Shown in pieces: positions 12,503-22,385 of a DNA stretch of 31,221 bases. The DNA lies in the NCBI GenBank assembly GCA_002189035.1, contig NEEC01000172.1, positions 1 to 31,221 on the forward strand, in the 5' to 3' direction. Source of the DNA: Utricularia gibba. Lineage: Eukaryota; Plantae; Magnoliophyta. The translations under genes and the position numbers were made by a program. Under the pieces are notes generated by a model. The model had not been told where the DNA came from. It searched no databases and saw only the letters and a list, made by a program, of their open reading frames with translations. How positions within the stretch are numbered: position 1 is the first letter of the stretch; the number at the start of each line of letters is the position of its first letter.

Positions 12503-13610
12503 GGATTGACCATTGGCCCTTCCCTTGTTGTATTTATTCCCTGGCACTACGTTGTTTTTTTTATTTATTTTTACACAAATCCCCCAAGTCCCAAAATACA
12601 AAAGATGCACGAAAATTGATGTGGCACGTGTTCATTACACGCTTCTAATGTTTATTAGGAAAAAAGATATACACAGAAATAAACACATGCAAACAATTTT
12701 TTTCCAAAAGATGCAGTAAAAAAAAAGTCTGCAAGCCCTAAAAAAATCCTGCGACCGCAGCTGCCACACTTGCTCCCCTCATCAAGAGGTTCAAGAGTTC
12801 GAGCAATTTGAGGCGACTTTTGTTGTCGGCCATGATGGGGCTGCATATTTTGAGAATCTGCTCCTTAAGCTCAGCCTTTTTGGAGTCGAATTCCTGTCGC
12901 GTACGAGCATGCTGGTTGTCGTCGATCCAGTTGATGGTGGAGGTAACAGCATCCTCGATCTTCTTCCTAGTGGCGGCGGGGAGCATGGCTACTATCTCAT
13001 TTTCCAGGAGAGCGTCTCTTAGTTTGTAAGCGTATGTCTCCAAATCGTTTTTCGCAGTTGCCCTCTTCCGGAACTCCTCATCTTCCAGCTTGAACCTTTC
13101 GGCCTCTTCTATCATCCTTTCGATCTCCGCCTTGGAGCGCCTTCCGTTGTCGTTGGTGATTGTGATTTGATTCCTCAAGCCGGTGGTTGTTTCCACGGCA
13201 GATACCTTGAGAATTCCATTAAAATCGATCTCAAAGCAGACCTTAAACTTTATTTTCTCACTTGGAGCCGGAGGAATTCCAAAGAGCGTGAATTCACCCA
13301 GCAAGTTGTTGTGTTTGGTGTTTGCGCGCTCACCTTCATAGATCGAAAAGTTGACTGTAGTTTGGTCATCTTTGCTTGTACAGTATGCACGCTCCTTCTT
13401 GGTGGGAATAGTGGTGTTCCTTGGAATCACCACACTCATGTAACAGTCCACGGTGTCCACACCAAGGGAAAGCGGAGTGACGTCTAGAAGTACGATATCC
13501 TTAATCTTCTTAGTAGCCTCGCCACTCAAGATGGCAGCCTGAACAGCAGCACCATATGCAACAGCTTCATCAGGGTGAATGCCTTTACTACAGAGCTCTT
13601 TCCTATTGAA
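12503..13610 (-). repeat. ~1.1-kb duplicated block (Hsp70 3' coding half plus 3' flank), paralogous to about 16250-17374
   Basis: Direct alignment by eye: both begin GGATTGA.CATT.GCCCTTCCCTTGTTGTATTTATT in the flank, share AATGTTTATTAGGAAAAAAG.TATACACAGAAATAAACAC, and stay collinear through the CDS to GCTCTTTCCTATTGAA. No poly(A) at the 3' boundary. Confidence 0.92.
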
Positions 13611-13613
13611 CAA
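12738..13613 (-). CDS. HSP70: Hsp70 C-terminal half (end of NBD, linker, SBD-beta, lid, hydrophobic tail); 5'-truncated copy B abutting gag
   Basis: Uninterrupted 291-codon frame with [77 protein letters not shown]. It has no ATG of its own at the start and no ATPase N-terminus upstream. Confidence 0.85.
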   Translation of the reverse strand: MFNRKELCSKGIHPDEAVAYGAAVQAAILSGEATKKIKDIVLLDVTPLSLGVDTVDCYMSVVIPRNTTIPTKKERAYCTSKDDQTTVNFSIYEGERANTKHNNLLGEFTLFGIPPAPSEKIKFKVCFEIDFNGILKVSAVETTTGLRNQITITNDNGRRSKAEIERMIEEAERFKLEDEEFRKRATAKNDLETYAYKLRDALLENEIVAMLPAATRKKIEDAVTSTINWIDDNQHARTRQEFDSKKAELKEQILKICSPIMADNKSRLKLLELLNLLMRGASVAAAVAGFF

Positions 13614-14078
13614 CCCGAGCTTTCAACTTACGTTCCTCTCGATCATCTACTTCTTCTCCAAGTCTCTTCAATTTTTCTAGATTTTTCAGTAGTTGTTCAG
13701 TATTGGCAGCCACTTCACCCTCCTTGATTTTGAAATTGTATACTTCATTCCACAGCTTTTGTGCTTCCCTTCGCTTGTCTTCCTTTGTTTCTTCAAACGT
13801 TTTTTTAGGGTAAGCCACGCTTCTCTGGGAGGTTTTCTGGTAATGCTACGGTAAGCATCCCCCACAACAGCTGAGGCTAGAACCACCGAGGCTTGGATTT
13901 CCTTTTCTCTGTGAATCTTCTCTGCAGCTGATTTCTCATCGGGTGTTCCCTCGAAGATAGGCTCCATGGCAATAATCTTCCAGAGACCATGCAGTTGGAG
14001 GTAAATCTCCATTTTGGGAGCCCATATGTCATATTCTTTTCCATCGAAGGTTGGTGGTGATATGTTTGTGATTGACAT
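13614..14078 (-). mobile_element. Ty1/copia gag N-terminal fragment (DUF4219/UBN2, Retrotran_gag_2-like)
   Basis: MSITNISPPTFDGKEYDIWAPKMEIYLQLHGLW is the copia gag N-terminal signature. After one added A in the 13800-13806 run it continues PREAWLTLKKTFEETKEDKRREAQKLWNEVYNFKIKEGE...LEKLKRLGEEVDD. No zinc knuckle, protease, integrase or RT follows. Confidence 0.85.
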
Positions 14079-14146
14079 GATGGTTTGCTTCTTACAGGAC
14101 TGCAAAACAGAGCACAGCACTAACAGGTTTGTAAGAGAAGTTTTAG

Positions 14147-14430
14147 AGTTTCAAACCAGTTTTGAAGGTTGCCGATGTTGAGTAGTTGTCGTTCACGTCG
14201 GGTTCACCATGATAGCACTTGTTGATGTGTGTGTTTTTGGTGATGCTGAGCATAAAACGAATGATGTATATAGCCTTTTGTTCTTGGTATTGAGAAGATT
14301 TTTGTATTGAAAACAGGCTTCTTTTTTTGGAGTTGATTACAGGTATTTATACAGTCAGATTTACAACGACAGCCTATACACTAGGAATTAGCCGTTGTGG
14401 TTCCTCATCTTTAGTTGCTGTAGACATCAA
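14147..14430 (-). mobile_element. Possible 5' LTR remnant with degenerate PBS
   Basis: On the minus strand it begins TG at about 14430 and has TATAAATA at about 14353-14346. It ends near ...CAAAAC followed by TGGTTTGAAAC, which resembles the tRNA-Met PBS TGGTATCAGAGC, about 70 bp before the gag ATG. No second LTR or TSD found. Confidence 0.35.
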
Positions 14431-14738
14431 GCTTAGGGCCTTGGATAATCATGTGACTTGGTTGCTGGATCAACCTTGAGAGCCCATTTACTTGATTTTC
14501 GGTCCAATATGATAAGTCCAAGTTCGTGTTGTACTCTTTTCTTCTTCTTGCCTCCTCCCGTCGTTCTCCTCATTTCAGCATCCGATTTTTCAGAGTTTCT
14601 TTCAGAATGCTGTTGACTCACCTTTTGTTCATCCTTAACCATCATCAAAGATGTGAGAGTTTTGGAGTGGATGAATCTTTCTGAAACTCAAAATATTGTA
14701 TAGAACGTCAAGAGGAAGCACCTGCTTTTACAAATCCT

Positions 14739-14776
14739 GGTACCCTTTATATAGAAGGTACCCTTTATATAGAAGG
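14739..14776 (-). repeat. Perfect 18-bp tandem duplication containing a TATA-like box
   Basis: GGTACCCTTTATATAGAA x2 (14739-56, 14757-74); reads CTATATAAAGGG on the minus strand. Confidence 0.9.
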
Positions 14777-15499
14777 CGAAAAAACTAGCCGTTGCCTCTT
14801 GACCGTTGGATGTATTTGTCTGGTTCATAGCTACTTAGTCGTCGGATTTGCTTCTCCAAAGCATGTGAGGGACAGTGGGCCGTGAAGTGTTGCCTTTGGA
14901 CTGGACTTACCTCATATAATGGGCTGTAGCCCTTTGAGATGAGTAGGGCCCAGCATAATCAAGCTTACCCCTGCAGTGCGTTGCTTCTCCTTCATCGGGA
15001 TTTCCTCCTCACGACAGAACTTCTCCAGATCGCCGGACCTGTTCTTCCTCTCTTGTTGATCCTTGATATTCGCTGAAGTCTCAATTTTATCCTCACGATC
15101 TAACATAAATGTGCGACTCACTGCTGTGTTTTTGAGTGCGACTTGTGAACTCTTTCTTGCTTATTTGATTTCTGCTATTATCATCGAGGCTAGAAGCCCG
15201 ATCAGAATCACATGCCCTTCTCTGTTGAAGACTGCTGCTTGTGATGTCGAACAGGAAGGGTTCTGTCGTCGTCTCCCCAAATCAGCGGCTGTCGTGATAG
15301 AACATCTGCAAACAAAGTCAGTTACTGGGCCAATTAAACAACAAGGCCCAACACCAGCTATGGGAAAGCCCAAACCGAAGTTAATCACTCAGGCCCGCTG
15401 CTAGATGTATCAACGGTCGACTGCTGCTTTTACAATGCTTTAAATATCGCTCAAACCTGTTGTAAACGTTGCACTGTATTTTCAACTCTCTTGAGACAT

Positions 15500-16050
15500 A
15501 CAAGCTGTTATGCTGCTCCAAAACTGCTACATAAACATTTTCATTCTCAAGCTCCACTTTCCTGCTTTTGAAGTCATGAACCCCAGCGTCTTGGTTCTCG
15601 TCGAGCCATGTTTTGTTTGGAGTCTAACAGCATCTCAAAACCCCCTTTCTGATCGCAGGCGGAAATTTGGAAGCCATCTCATCACTGATTTCGTTTAGTA
15701 GTTTACCAAAGTACACCAGCAAATCATTTCTGGCACCGTATCTGCTCTTATCATTCGCAATTGTGAGTCATTCTTCAGAATACCGTTTTCATCCATTTCA
15801 AAACATACACTACACTGGAGTTTTCCTTTGCGTGCAGGGGGGAGACCGCATTGAGTTCGAATTTACCCAAGTTTGTTATCTTTGGTATAAGAACTCTCGC
15901 CTTCATACACTGAATACATTATTCCAGTTTGGCTGCTTATGCCTGTTTCATATCTCTTCTCCTTCCTTGTGGGAATTCTTGGAAGACAGAAGAGCGTCGT
16001 CAGGAATTACCAGATCACTATTCCATTTGTAAGGTCTGGACAAGCATCAA
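15500..16050 (-). pseudogene. Decayed Hsp70 SBD/lid relic (copy C)
   Basis: Minus-strand fragments in shifting frames: IPTRKEKRYETGISSQTGIMYSVYEGESSYTKDNKL, GKFEL, GLPPARKGKLQCSVCFEMDENGILK, LTIANDKSR, ARNDLLVYFGKLLNEISDEMASKFPPAIRKG, TWLDENQDAGVHDFKSRKVELE. They are collinear with the Hsp70 C-terminus and have two internal deletions and several frameshifts. Confidence 0.75.
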
Positions 16051-16501
16051 TACAACATGATGACATGCCAGTTGCCATTACTGAATGCTTGTTGACTGGT
16101 GGCCTTTTGGTCGATTAAGTAGAAAGAGACATCGTGACCCATTGGAAGGCCTGGTCAAAGCCGCCATCAATGCATACATCAATCATGTTGGGGATAACCC
16201 AAGATCTGAGTTTATCCAATTTATGATAAAGATTACATTTTTATTATTGGGATTGATCATTTGCCCTTCCCTTGTTGTATTTATTACTTGGCACTACGTT
16301 GTTTTTTTATTTATTTTTACACAAATCCCACAAGTCATACATAATATGTGGCTCTTGTTCATTACACGCTCCTAATGTTTATTAGGAAAAAAGCTATACA
16401 CAGAAATAAACACAAGCAAAAGGACATCACGTCGTGAGTGTCACACACAAATTTTTCCAAAACATGCAGTAAAAAAAAAAAAAAGCAAAGGTCTGAAAGC
16501 C

Positions 16502-18532
16502 CTAAAAAAATCCTCCGATTGCAGCTGCCACACTCGCTCCACTCATCAAGAGTTTCAAGAGTCCGAGCAATTTGAGGCGACTTTTGTTGTCGGCCATGAT
16601 GGGGCTGCATATTTTGAGAATCTGCTCCTCCAGCTCAGCCCTTTTGGAGTCGAATTCCTGTCGCGTAAGAGCATGTTGGTTGTCGTCGATCCAGTCGATG
16701 GTGGAGGTAACAGCGTCCTCGATCTTCTTCCTAGTGGCGGCGGGGAGCATAGATACTATCTTATTTTCCATGAGAGCGTCTCTCAGTTTGTAAGCGTATG
16801 TCTCCAATTCGTTTCTCGCCTTAGCCCTCTTCCGGAACTCCTCATCTTCCAGCTTGAACCTTTCGGCCTCTTCTATCATCCTTTCGATCTCCGCATTGGA
16901 GTGTCTTTCGTTGTCGTTGGTGATTGTGATTTGATTCCTCAAGCCGGTGGTTGTTTCCACGGCAGATACCTTCAGAATTCCATTGAAATCGATCTCAAAG
17001 CACACGTCAAACTTTATTTTCTCTCTTGGAGCCCGTGGAACTCCAGAGATCCTGAACTGACCCAGCAAGTTGTTGTCTTTGGTGTTTGGGCGCTCACCTT
17101 CATAGATCGAAAACCTGGCTGCAGTTTGATCATCTTCGGTTGTACAGAAGACATCCTCCTTCTTTGTGGGAATAGTGGTGTTCCTTGGAATGACCACACT
17201 CATAGAATAGTCCTTAGTTTCCAAACCAAGGGAAAGCGGATTGACATCTAGAAGTACGATATCCTTCATCTCCTCAGTAGCCTCGTCGCTCAAGATGGCA
17301 GCCTGAACAGCAGCACCATATGCAACAGCTTCATCAGGGTGGATGCCTTCACTAGACAGCTCTTTCCTATTGAAAAATTCCCGCATTAATTGCTTCACTT
17401 TGGGGATCCTGGTGGATCCTCCCACTAGAACCACATCATCCACACTCTTCTTGTCCATCTTCGCATCCTCCAAACACTCTTTTACTATCTGCACACACTT
17501 GTTGAACAAATCCTTGTTTAGCTCCTCGAACTTCGCACGAGTCAACCGTGCGTGGAAATCAACACCCTCGAACAGATTGTCAATCTCCATGTGGGTTTCA
17601 GCTGTGGATGACAACTCCTTCTTCGCTTTCTCACAAGCGGTCCTCAATTTCCTCAGAGACTTGAAATTTCCGCTCATATCTTTTTTGTGCTTTCTCATGA
17701 ACTCCGCAACGAAATGCTCAACCATTCTGTTGTTGAAGTCTTCGCCTCCAAGGTGAGTATCACCGGCGACAGCCTTAACCTCATGGTGCCCCCTCCATCG
17801 GTGGTAAGAATAGAGACATCAAAAGTGCCACCACCGAGGTCAAAAACCAGAATATTTCTTTCTTCGGCAGAATTTTGGTTCAAGGCGTAGGCAAAAGCAG
17901 CAGCTGTTGGCTCACTTATGATGCGCATGACATTTAGGCCGGCAATAGTACCAGCATCTATGGTTGCACGGCGTTGAGAGTCGTTGAAGTATGCCGGAAC
18001 AGTGATCACGGCCTGTTTCACAGCTGACCCAAGATATTTTTCAGCTGTCTCCTTCATCTTCGTCAACACCATGGAAGATATCTCCTCCGCCGAAAACAGC
18101 TTTTCCTCACCCTTGTAGTTCACAACAATCATAGGCCTGTCGTTGCTTCCTCGGATGACCTTGAAGGGCCATAGCTTGATATCTTTCTGAACAAGCTCAT
18201 CCGAGAACTTCCTTCCAATCAGCCTCTTTACATCTGTTTGTGAGCGGAGATTGTAGGGTAGAGAAATGAATCAAATGGGCTTTGATGAATGCAAGTTCTA
18301 ACCATCTGTATTACTCACCAAACACAGTGTTGGTTGGATTTGAGGACAGCTGATTGTGAGCAGCTTGACCAATGAGCCTTTCAGTTTGGGTGAAAGCAAC
18401 GGCAGACGGCGTCGTCCGGCTACCGTCCTGATGATTCGCGATGATCTCGATGCGACCCTTGTGCCAAGCGCCGACGACGGAGTAAGTAGTTCCAAGATCC
18501 ATGCCAATCACATGACCTTTTTCACCAGACAT
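16502..18532 (-). CDS. HSP70: Divergent cytosolic-type Hsp70 (copy A, full length; one apparent frameshift)
   Basis: Exons 18532-18319 and 18233-16502, with the intron at the conserved plant cytosolic position (VF-D|VKRLIG). Motifs [76 protein letters not shown]. Frameshift in the G5 run at about 17788-17792. Ends [24 protein letters not shown] with no EEVD. Confidence 0.92.
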
Positions 18533-18668
18533 CTTTCTCCACACGCTCACACAGATTTAGGGAACTTTTGATCGCAATGCACAGATGAATGAGAACCTCC
18601 ATGGCGCTAATTATAGTCGCGTCCCAAGGCTTCCTCCTCCAAAAGAAAAAAACTCTTATCCAGAATGG

Positions 18669-18862
18669 TTGACTTGACTTGACTTGATTGTGTGGAGCAG
18701 CTTGAAGATGACGACGTTTGTGGGCCCTCTGTAGCAGACTTTTTCTTATTTTGGTATTTTTAATTTCAAAAAATATTTACATACAAACAAAAACTGTCCC
18801 ATAACCAGGCACAAGTCCGTAATTTGGGAGGGACCAGTCGAAGTCAACTCAGGTCAAGTCAA
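18669..18862. promoter_or_regulatory. Six W-boxes (TTGACY) in two inverted arrays upstream of Hsp70 copy A
   Basis: TTGACT at 18669, 18674, 18679; reverse-orientation AGTCAA 18842-47, GGTCAA 18852-57, AGTCAA 18857-62. TATA-like TATAAT on the minus strand near 18610-18616. Confidence 0.6.
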
Positions 18863-20102
18863 TATTTGGGTCCCACTATTAATAAATCTTTGACAAATCC
18901 GTCACAGTGACCTGGTCTTGCTTGTATTTTTAATGTTGAAAGATTATCTTTCCAGAAATATTCAAAATTAGGAAGGAACTTGGGCTACAGCCCAACAGTA
19001 CGAGTGCGACGCGAGGCCATTTTCCAAACCGAATAAGAAATCGGAAATAAAATACTAAGAAATGTGAAATAAAAACATCCTTTTTTGAACATTTCATTTT
19101 AGTTGGGGCCGGGTCTTTAGGAATCACCCTATCGACCGCTGAACACCCCCAACTCACAGTCTCGTCATGTCCGATCTAGTTGGATTGTGTGACAATCAAG
19201 CAATTAAAATAAACTAATTAAATATATAATAAATTATAAATTATTATAATTGATTGAAAATTTTTAATATAATTCACGTTTATTATATATTTAGATATCA
19301 TGTATGCTCACTATAACTATTGAACACTCAATTTCAACAAGTTTTAAAATAATAAAATAGAATCCAATAAATATAGAAACCAACTTAAAAAAATCAATAT
19401 TTAAAGGTGGGAATAAAAGCATATTATAATTAAACAAAAAGATTATGTTAAATGCTAATAGTTCGATATTAGATTAAATTTTAAAATAAATATATAATTC
19501 TTTAATAAATGATCTAGATGTTTATAAAATATAAATCGAAATATTAGAAATATAGTATAATATAAAAAATATTTATTTTATATTTTTTGACGTTTTACGT
19601 TTAGAGGTGTTTCTAATCGAAATATAAACAAGAATATTTTGATTTATTCCTATTTATTAAAAAATTATATAAAAAAAATTAATCTTTTTACATTATTTTT
19701 GTTTAAATTCAAACAAATTAAACTTTTTGCATTGTAATCACATAAAGCAAACACTACTCAAGAACAGAGGTAACAGATTATATGATGAGATAATACGTAT
19801 TTCATACCTATTAGAATTTTTATTTTATTTTAATTAAAATAATGTTTGATGGGAAAAAAAAAAGGTCCCATAGATGATAATGTTAGATGAAGGGCGAGGA
19901 TGCAGTCCCGGTGCACGCGTTCGAGGGAAGGTGAGACCACCGCCCTGTTCCACCATTGACAGCGAGGGCGGTATTTCAACAGTGGGCTTCAGTTGGTATC
20001 CATGGAACGGGGTGAAAGTTTGCCTTCCCCAGGCTTCTCTTTCTTTGCCCTTCGCTACTGTTGTCTTATTTCGGACACCGCGTCCGGGAGCAGCCACTCA
20101 CC

Positions 20103-20876
20103 ATGAGCGGTGCTGATGCAGCAAACCCTAATAACTCTCCTCCCCCAGAGACTTCCCCTCCGCTCAACAAGAGGCCAAGCAAGGGAAAGGGAGGTCCCGA
20201 CAACGGGAAATTCAGGTACAGAGGGGTGCGCCAGAGGAGCTGGGGAAAATGGGTGGCGGAGATCCGCGAGCCCAGAAAGCGCACGCGCCGATGGCTCGGA
20301 ACCTTCGCGACGGCTGAGGAAGCGGCTCGAGCCTACGACCGTGCCGCGGTTGTGCTGTATGGGTCCAAGGCTCAATTGAATCTTCAGACATCTGTTGCTG
20401 GTACTGGCAGGAGCGGAGGCGGTGATGCCCGGGAACGCGCGTCAAGTTCCTCGTCCACGCAGAGACTACTGCGGCCCTTGCTCCCTCGGCCCTCGGGGTA
20501 CGGGCTTACGTTTCCGATGCCGACTCCGCCGTCTTCGTATCCTGCTGCGCCAGCTTCGCGGCCGTATGAAATGACACAAGGGGAAGCAGCGGCGATGAGG
20601 GAATGGTCAGAAACTGCTGTTCCGTTCCAAAACCCTAATTCCAGCTCCGGTTGGCAAGAAGAGAATCCTCAGCAATTCAGCAACTATCATGGTTATGATG
20701 AAATGAGCCCACTCGCTCCCCCCGATCCCACACAGGCGCCACCGCAGTCGGATCCCGCCGCGTTGTTGAACGGAGGATATACCAGTTGGCCGCCGTTCGG
20801 CAATGAACCCGACGATGGGTATCCATCAAATAGCATTTGGGACGACGGCGATCCATTCTTCTTCGACAACATCTGA
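20103..20876 (+). CDS. ABI4: AP2/ERF transcription factor ABA INSENSITIVE 4 (DREB A-3 group)
   Basis: Intronless. [68 protein letters not shown], plus the ABI4-typical LRPLLPRP motif and acidic C-terminus [15 protein letters not shown] 20103 preferred over 20061. Confidence 0.9.
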   Translation: MSGADAANPNNSPPPETSPPLNKRPSKGKGGPDNGKFRYRGVRQRSWGKWVAEIREPRKRTRRWLGTFATAEEAARAYDRAAVVLYGSKAQLNLQTSVAGTGRSGGGDARERASSSSSTQRLLRPLLPRPSGYGLTFPMPTPPSSYPAAPASRPYEMTQGEAAAMREWSETAVPFQNPNSSSGWQEENPQQFSNYHGYDEMSPLAPPDPTQAPPQSDPAALLNGGYTSWPPFGNEPDDGYPSNSIWDDGDPFFFDNI

Positions 20877-22385
20877 ACATGGCCCAGCTTATTTGTAATT
20901 CTGCTTAGGCTTGCGAAGTTGCAGAAACCATTCAATTCGTGAGATCGATCGATCAATCAAGCCACCGTCGAGAATGCTTGCAGGGCCAGGCAAGGGAATG
21001 CTACTAAAACTTTCTGTTTCAGTTGCTTAATGAACAGTCAGTCATTTCAAGTTTTCCAGACAATCCCATTGAAAATTTCAAGTACGAGCTTATCTATACT
21101 TGATAGAGCGTGCGTTCTCGAACAAAGTATCCCCAGGGCATAGCTGAATCTGTTGCACGGCTCATCAATGCGAAGCCTAGTGCTAGTTTCCTTGTTCCAT
21201 CTTATTTCTTAGTCTCAAAGTTCACCTTCCCATTTGTATGAAAAAGATGCTTGTTTGAACTTGGAAGTGAATAGAGGTTAACGGCATAGCTTCTGGGTTC
21301 TTGTACAACAACAGCACAGCACTCAAGAAATTCTGTTGCTCTTCCGACGAGACATGGGAAGGCTCGAAGCACACAACGAACTTCTGCCGAGGATGCCATA
21401 TAGGATTTCCAACCTTACAATGGTTGAGTTGGGTTTTCCTGATGCAACGTTGATTGAATCGTCAATTGATATGCAACACTCAAAATATGACTACAACTTG
21501 ATTGTTTGTTGAAAAGTAGGATCATTTTTTCTAAAGATCACATTCTAAAATTCCATGAAATGAAAACACCCCGATTTGTTTTCTGCGTGCAATGAAAGAA
21601 CGCATAATAAGCTCAACACACCCCAATGCTCGCCTTCTTTGGTATGATTCTGAATTGAAGGACTGAAACATCCCTTCGTCTTCTTCGATCTGATGTGTAG
21701 TCCCCGTGATTCCTCGAGTAGCTCGTTGGAGGAACCGCGTCATGGCATTTGGCAGCAAACCCGGTGGCGGACGCTTCTTTGCAACAGGGTTGGTTAGCAC
21801 CGGCTCAGTGGAACACAAATCTGTTCATTGCAGAGGCAGCGGCTCTCAACTTTAATAAGCAAAAACCGTCACCTCCAGTCTCCGGTGCCGCCGGTGGTCT
21901 CATCGGAGTTTCTAGTGGTACTCAAGAAAAGCGCTGGAAAAAGGTTGCAGTTATGTAGGCATGAACAACATGGGCAAAACATTGCATGCACTTGAAATAA
22001 AAAAATATATTTAAAATATAGAATTTAATTATATAAGATTATAAATATTCCCAAATACGCCTCGAAATATCCTAAGTTTTTAAAGTGATAATATTTTGTT
22101 GCACGGACAAAGGGGTGGGTGAAGTTGGGACGGAGGAATGTGATGAGAAAAGACGATATTACCCTAACACGTGAAGATGTTGTGGCAGGTCAGGAGGGCA
22201 TTATTTATACAGACAGGGAAATTGACACTAATCATTTTGGCGTCGAGGGCTCCGCTCTGTGTTTCGATTGTTTATTCAATTCTTGATTTTCTTCTTTCAG
22301 CAGATTTGATTCGGAGATCCAGTTTGACTCTTCTTTTGGCCTCTTGGGATTGTGGTTTTTGAGAATTGGATCTGGGTTTGAGGTG

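Noticed and set aside
12503-13610. Copy B as a retrocopy of Hsp70 mRNA
   Set aside because: There is no poly(A) or TSD at the boundary and the intron-bearing part is absent, so this cannot be tested. Adjacent same-orientation position favours DNA-level tandem duplication.
13167-17756. Plus-strand ORFs opposite the Hsp70 copies (106-192 aa)
   Set aside because: Antisense open frames are a known by-product of Hsp70 codon usage; there is no independent evidence of expression.
19200-19860. Very AT-rich blocks (also about 3250-4100, 6750-7330, 28930-29220) as Helitron or MITE remnants
   Set aside because: No terminal hairpin/CTRR, TIR or TSD could be identified; treated as ordinary intergenic DNA.
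21090-21200. KLALGFALMS resembling the PPR DYW-domain motif HSEKLA
   Set aside because: HSE, CxDCH and DYW residues are absent and there are no PPR repeats.
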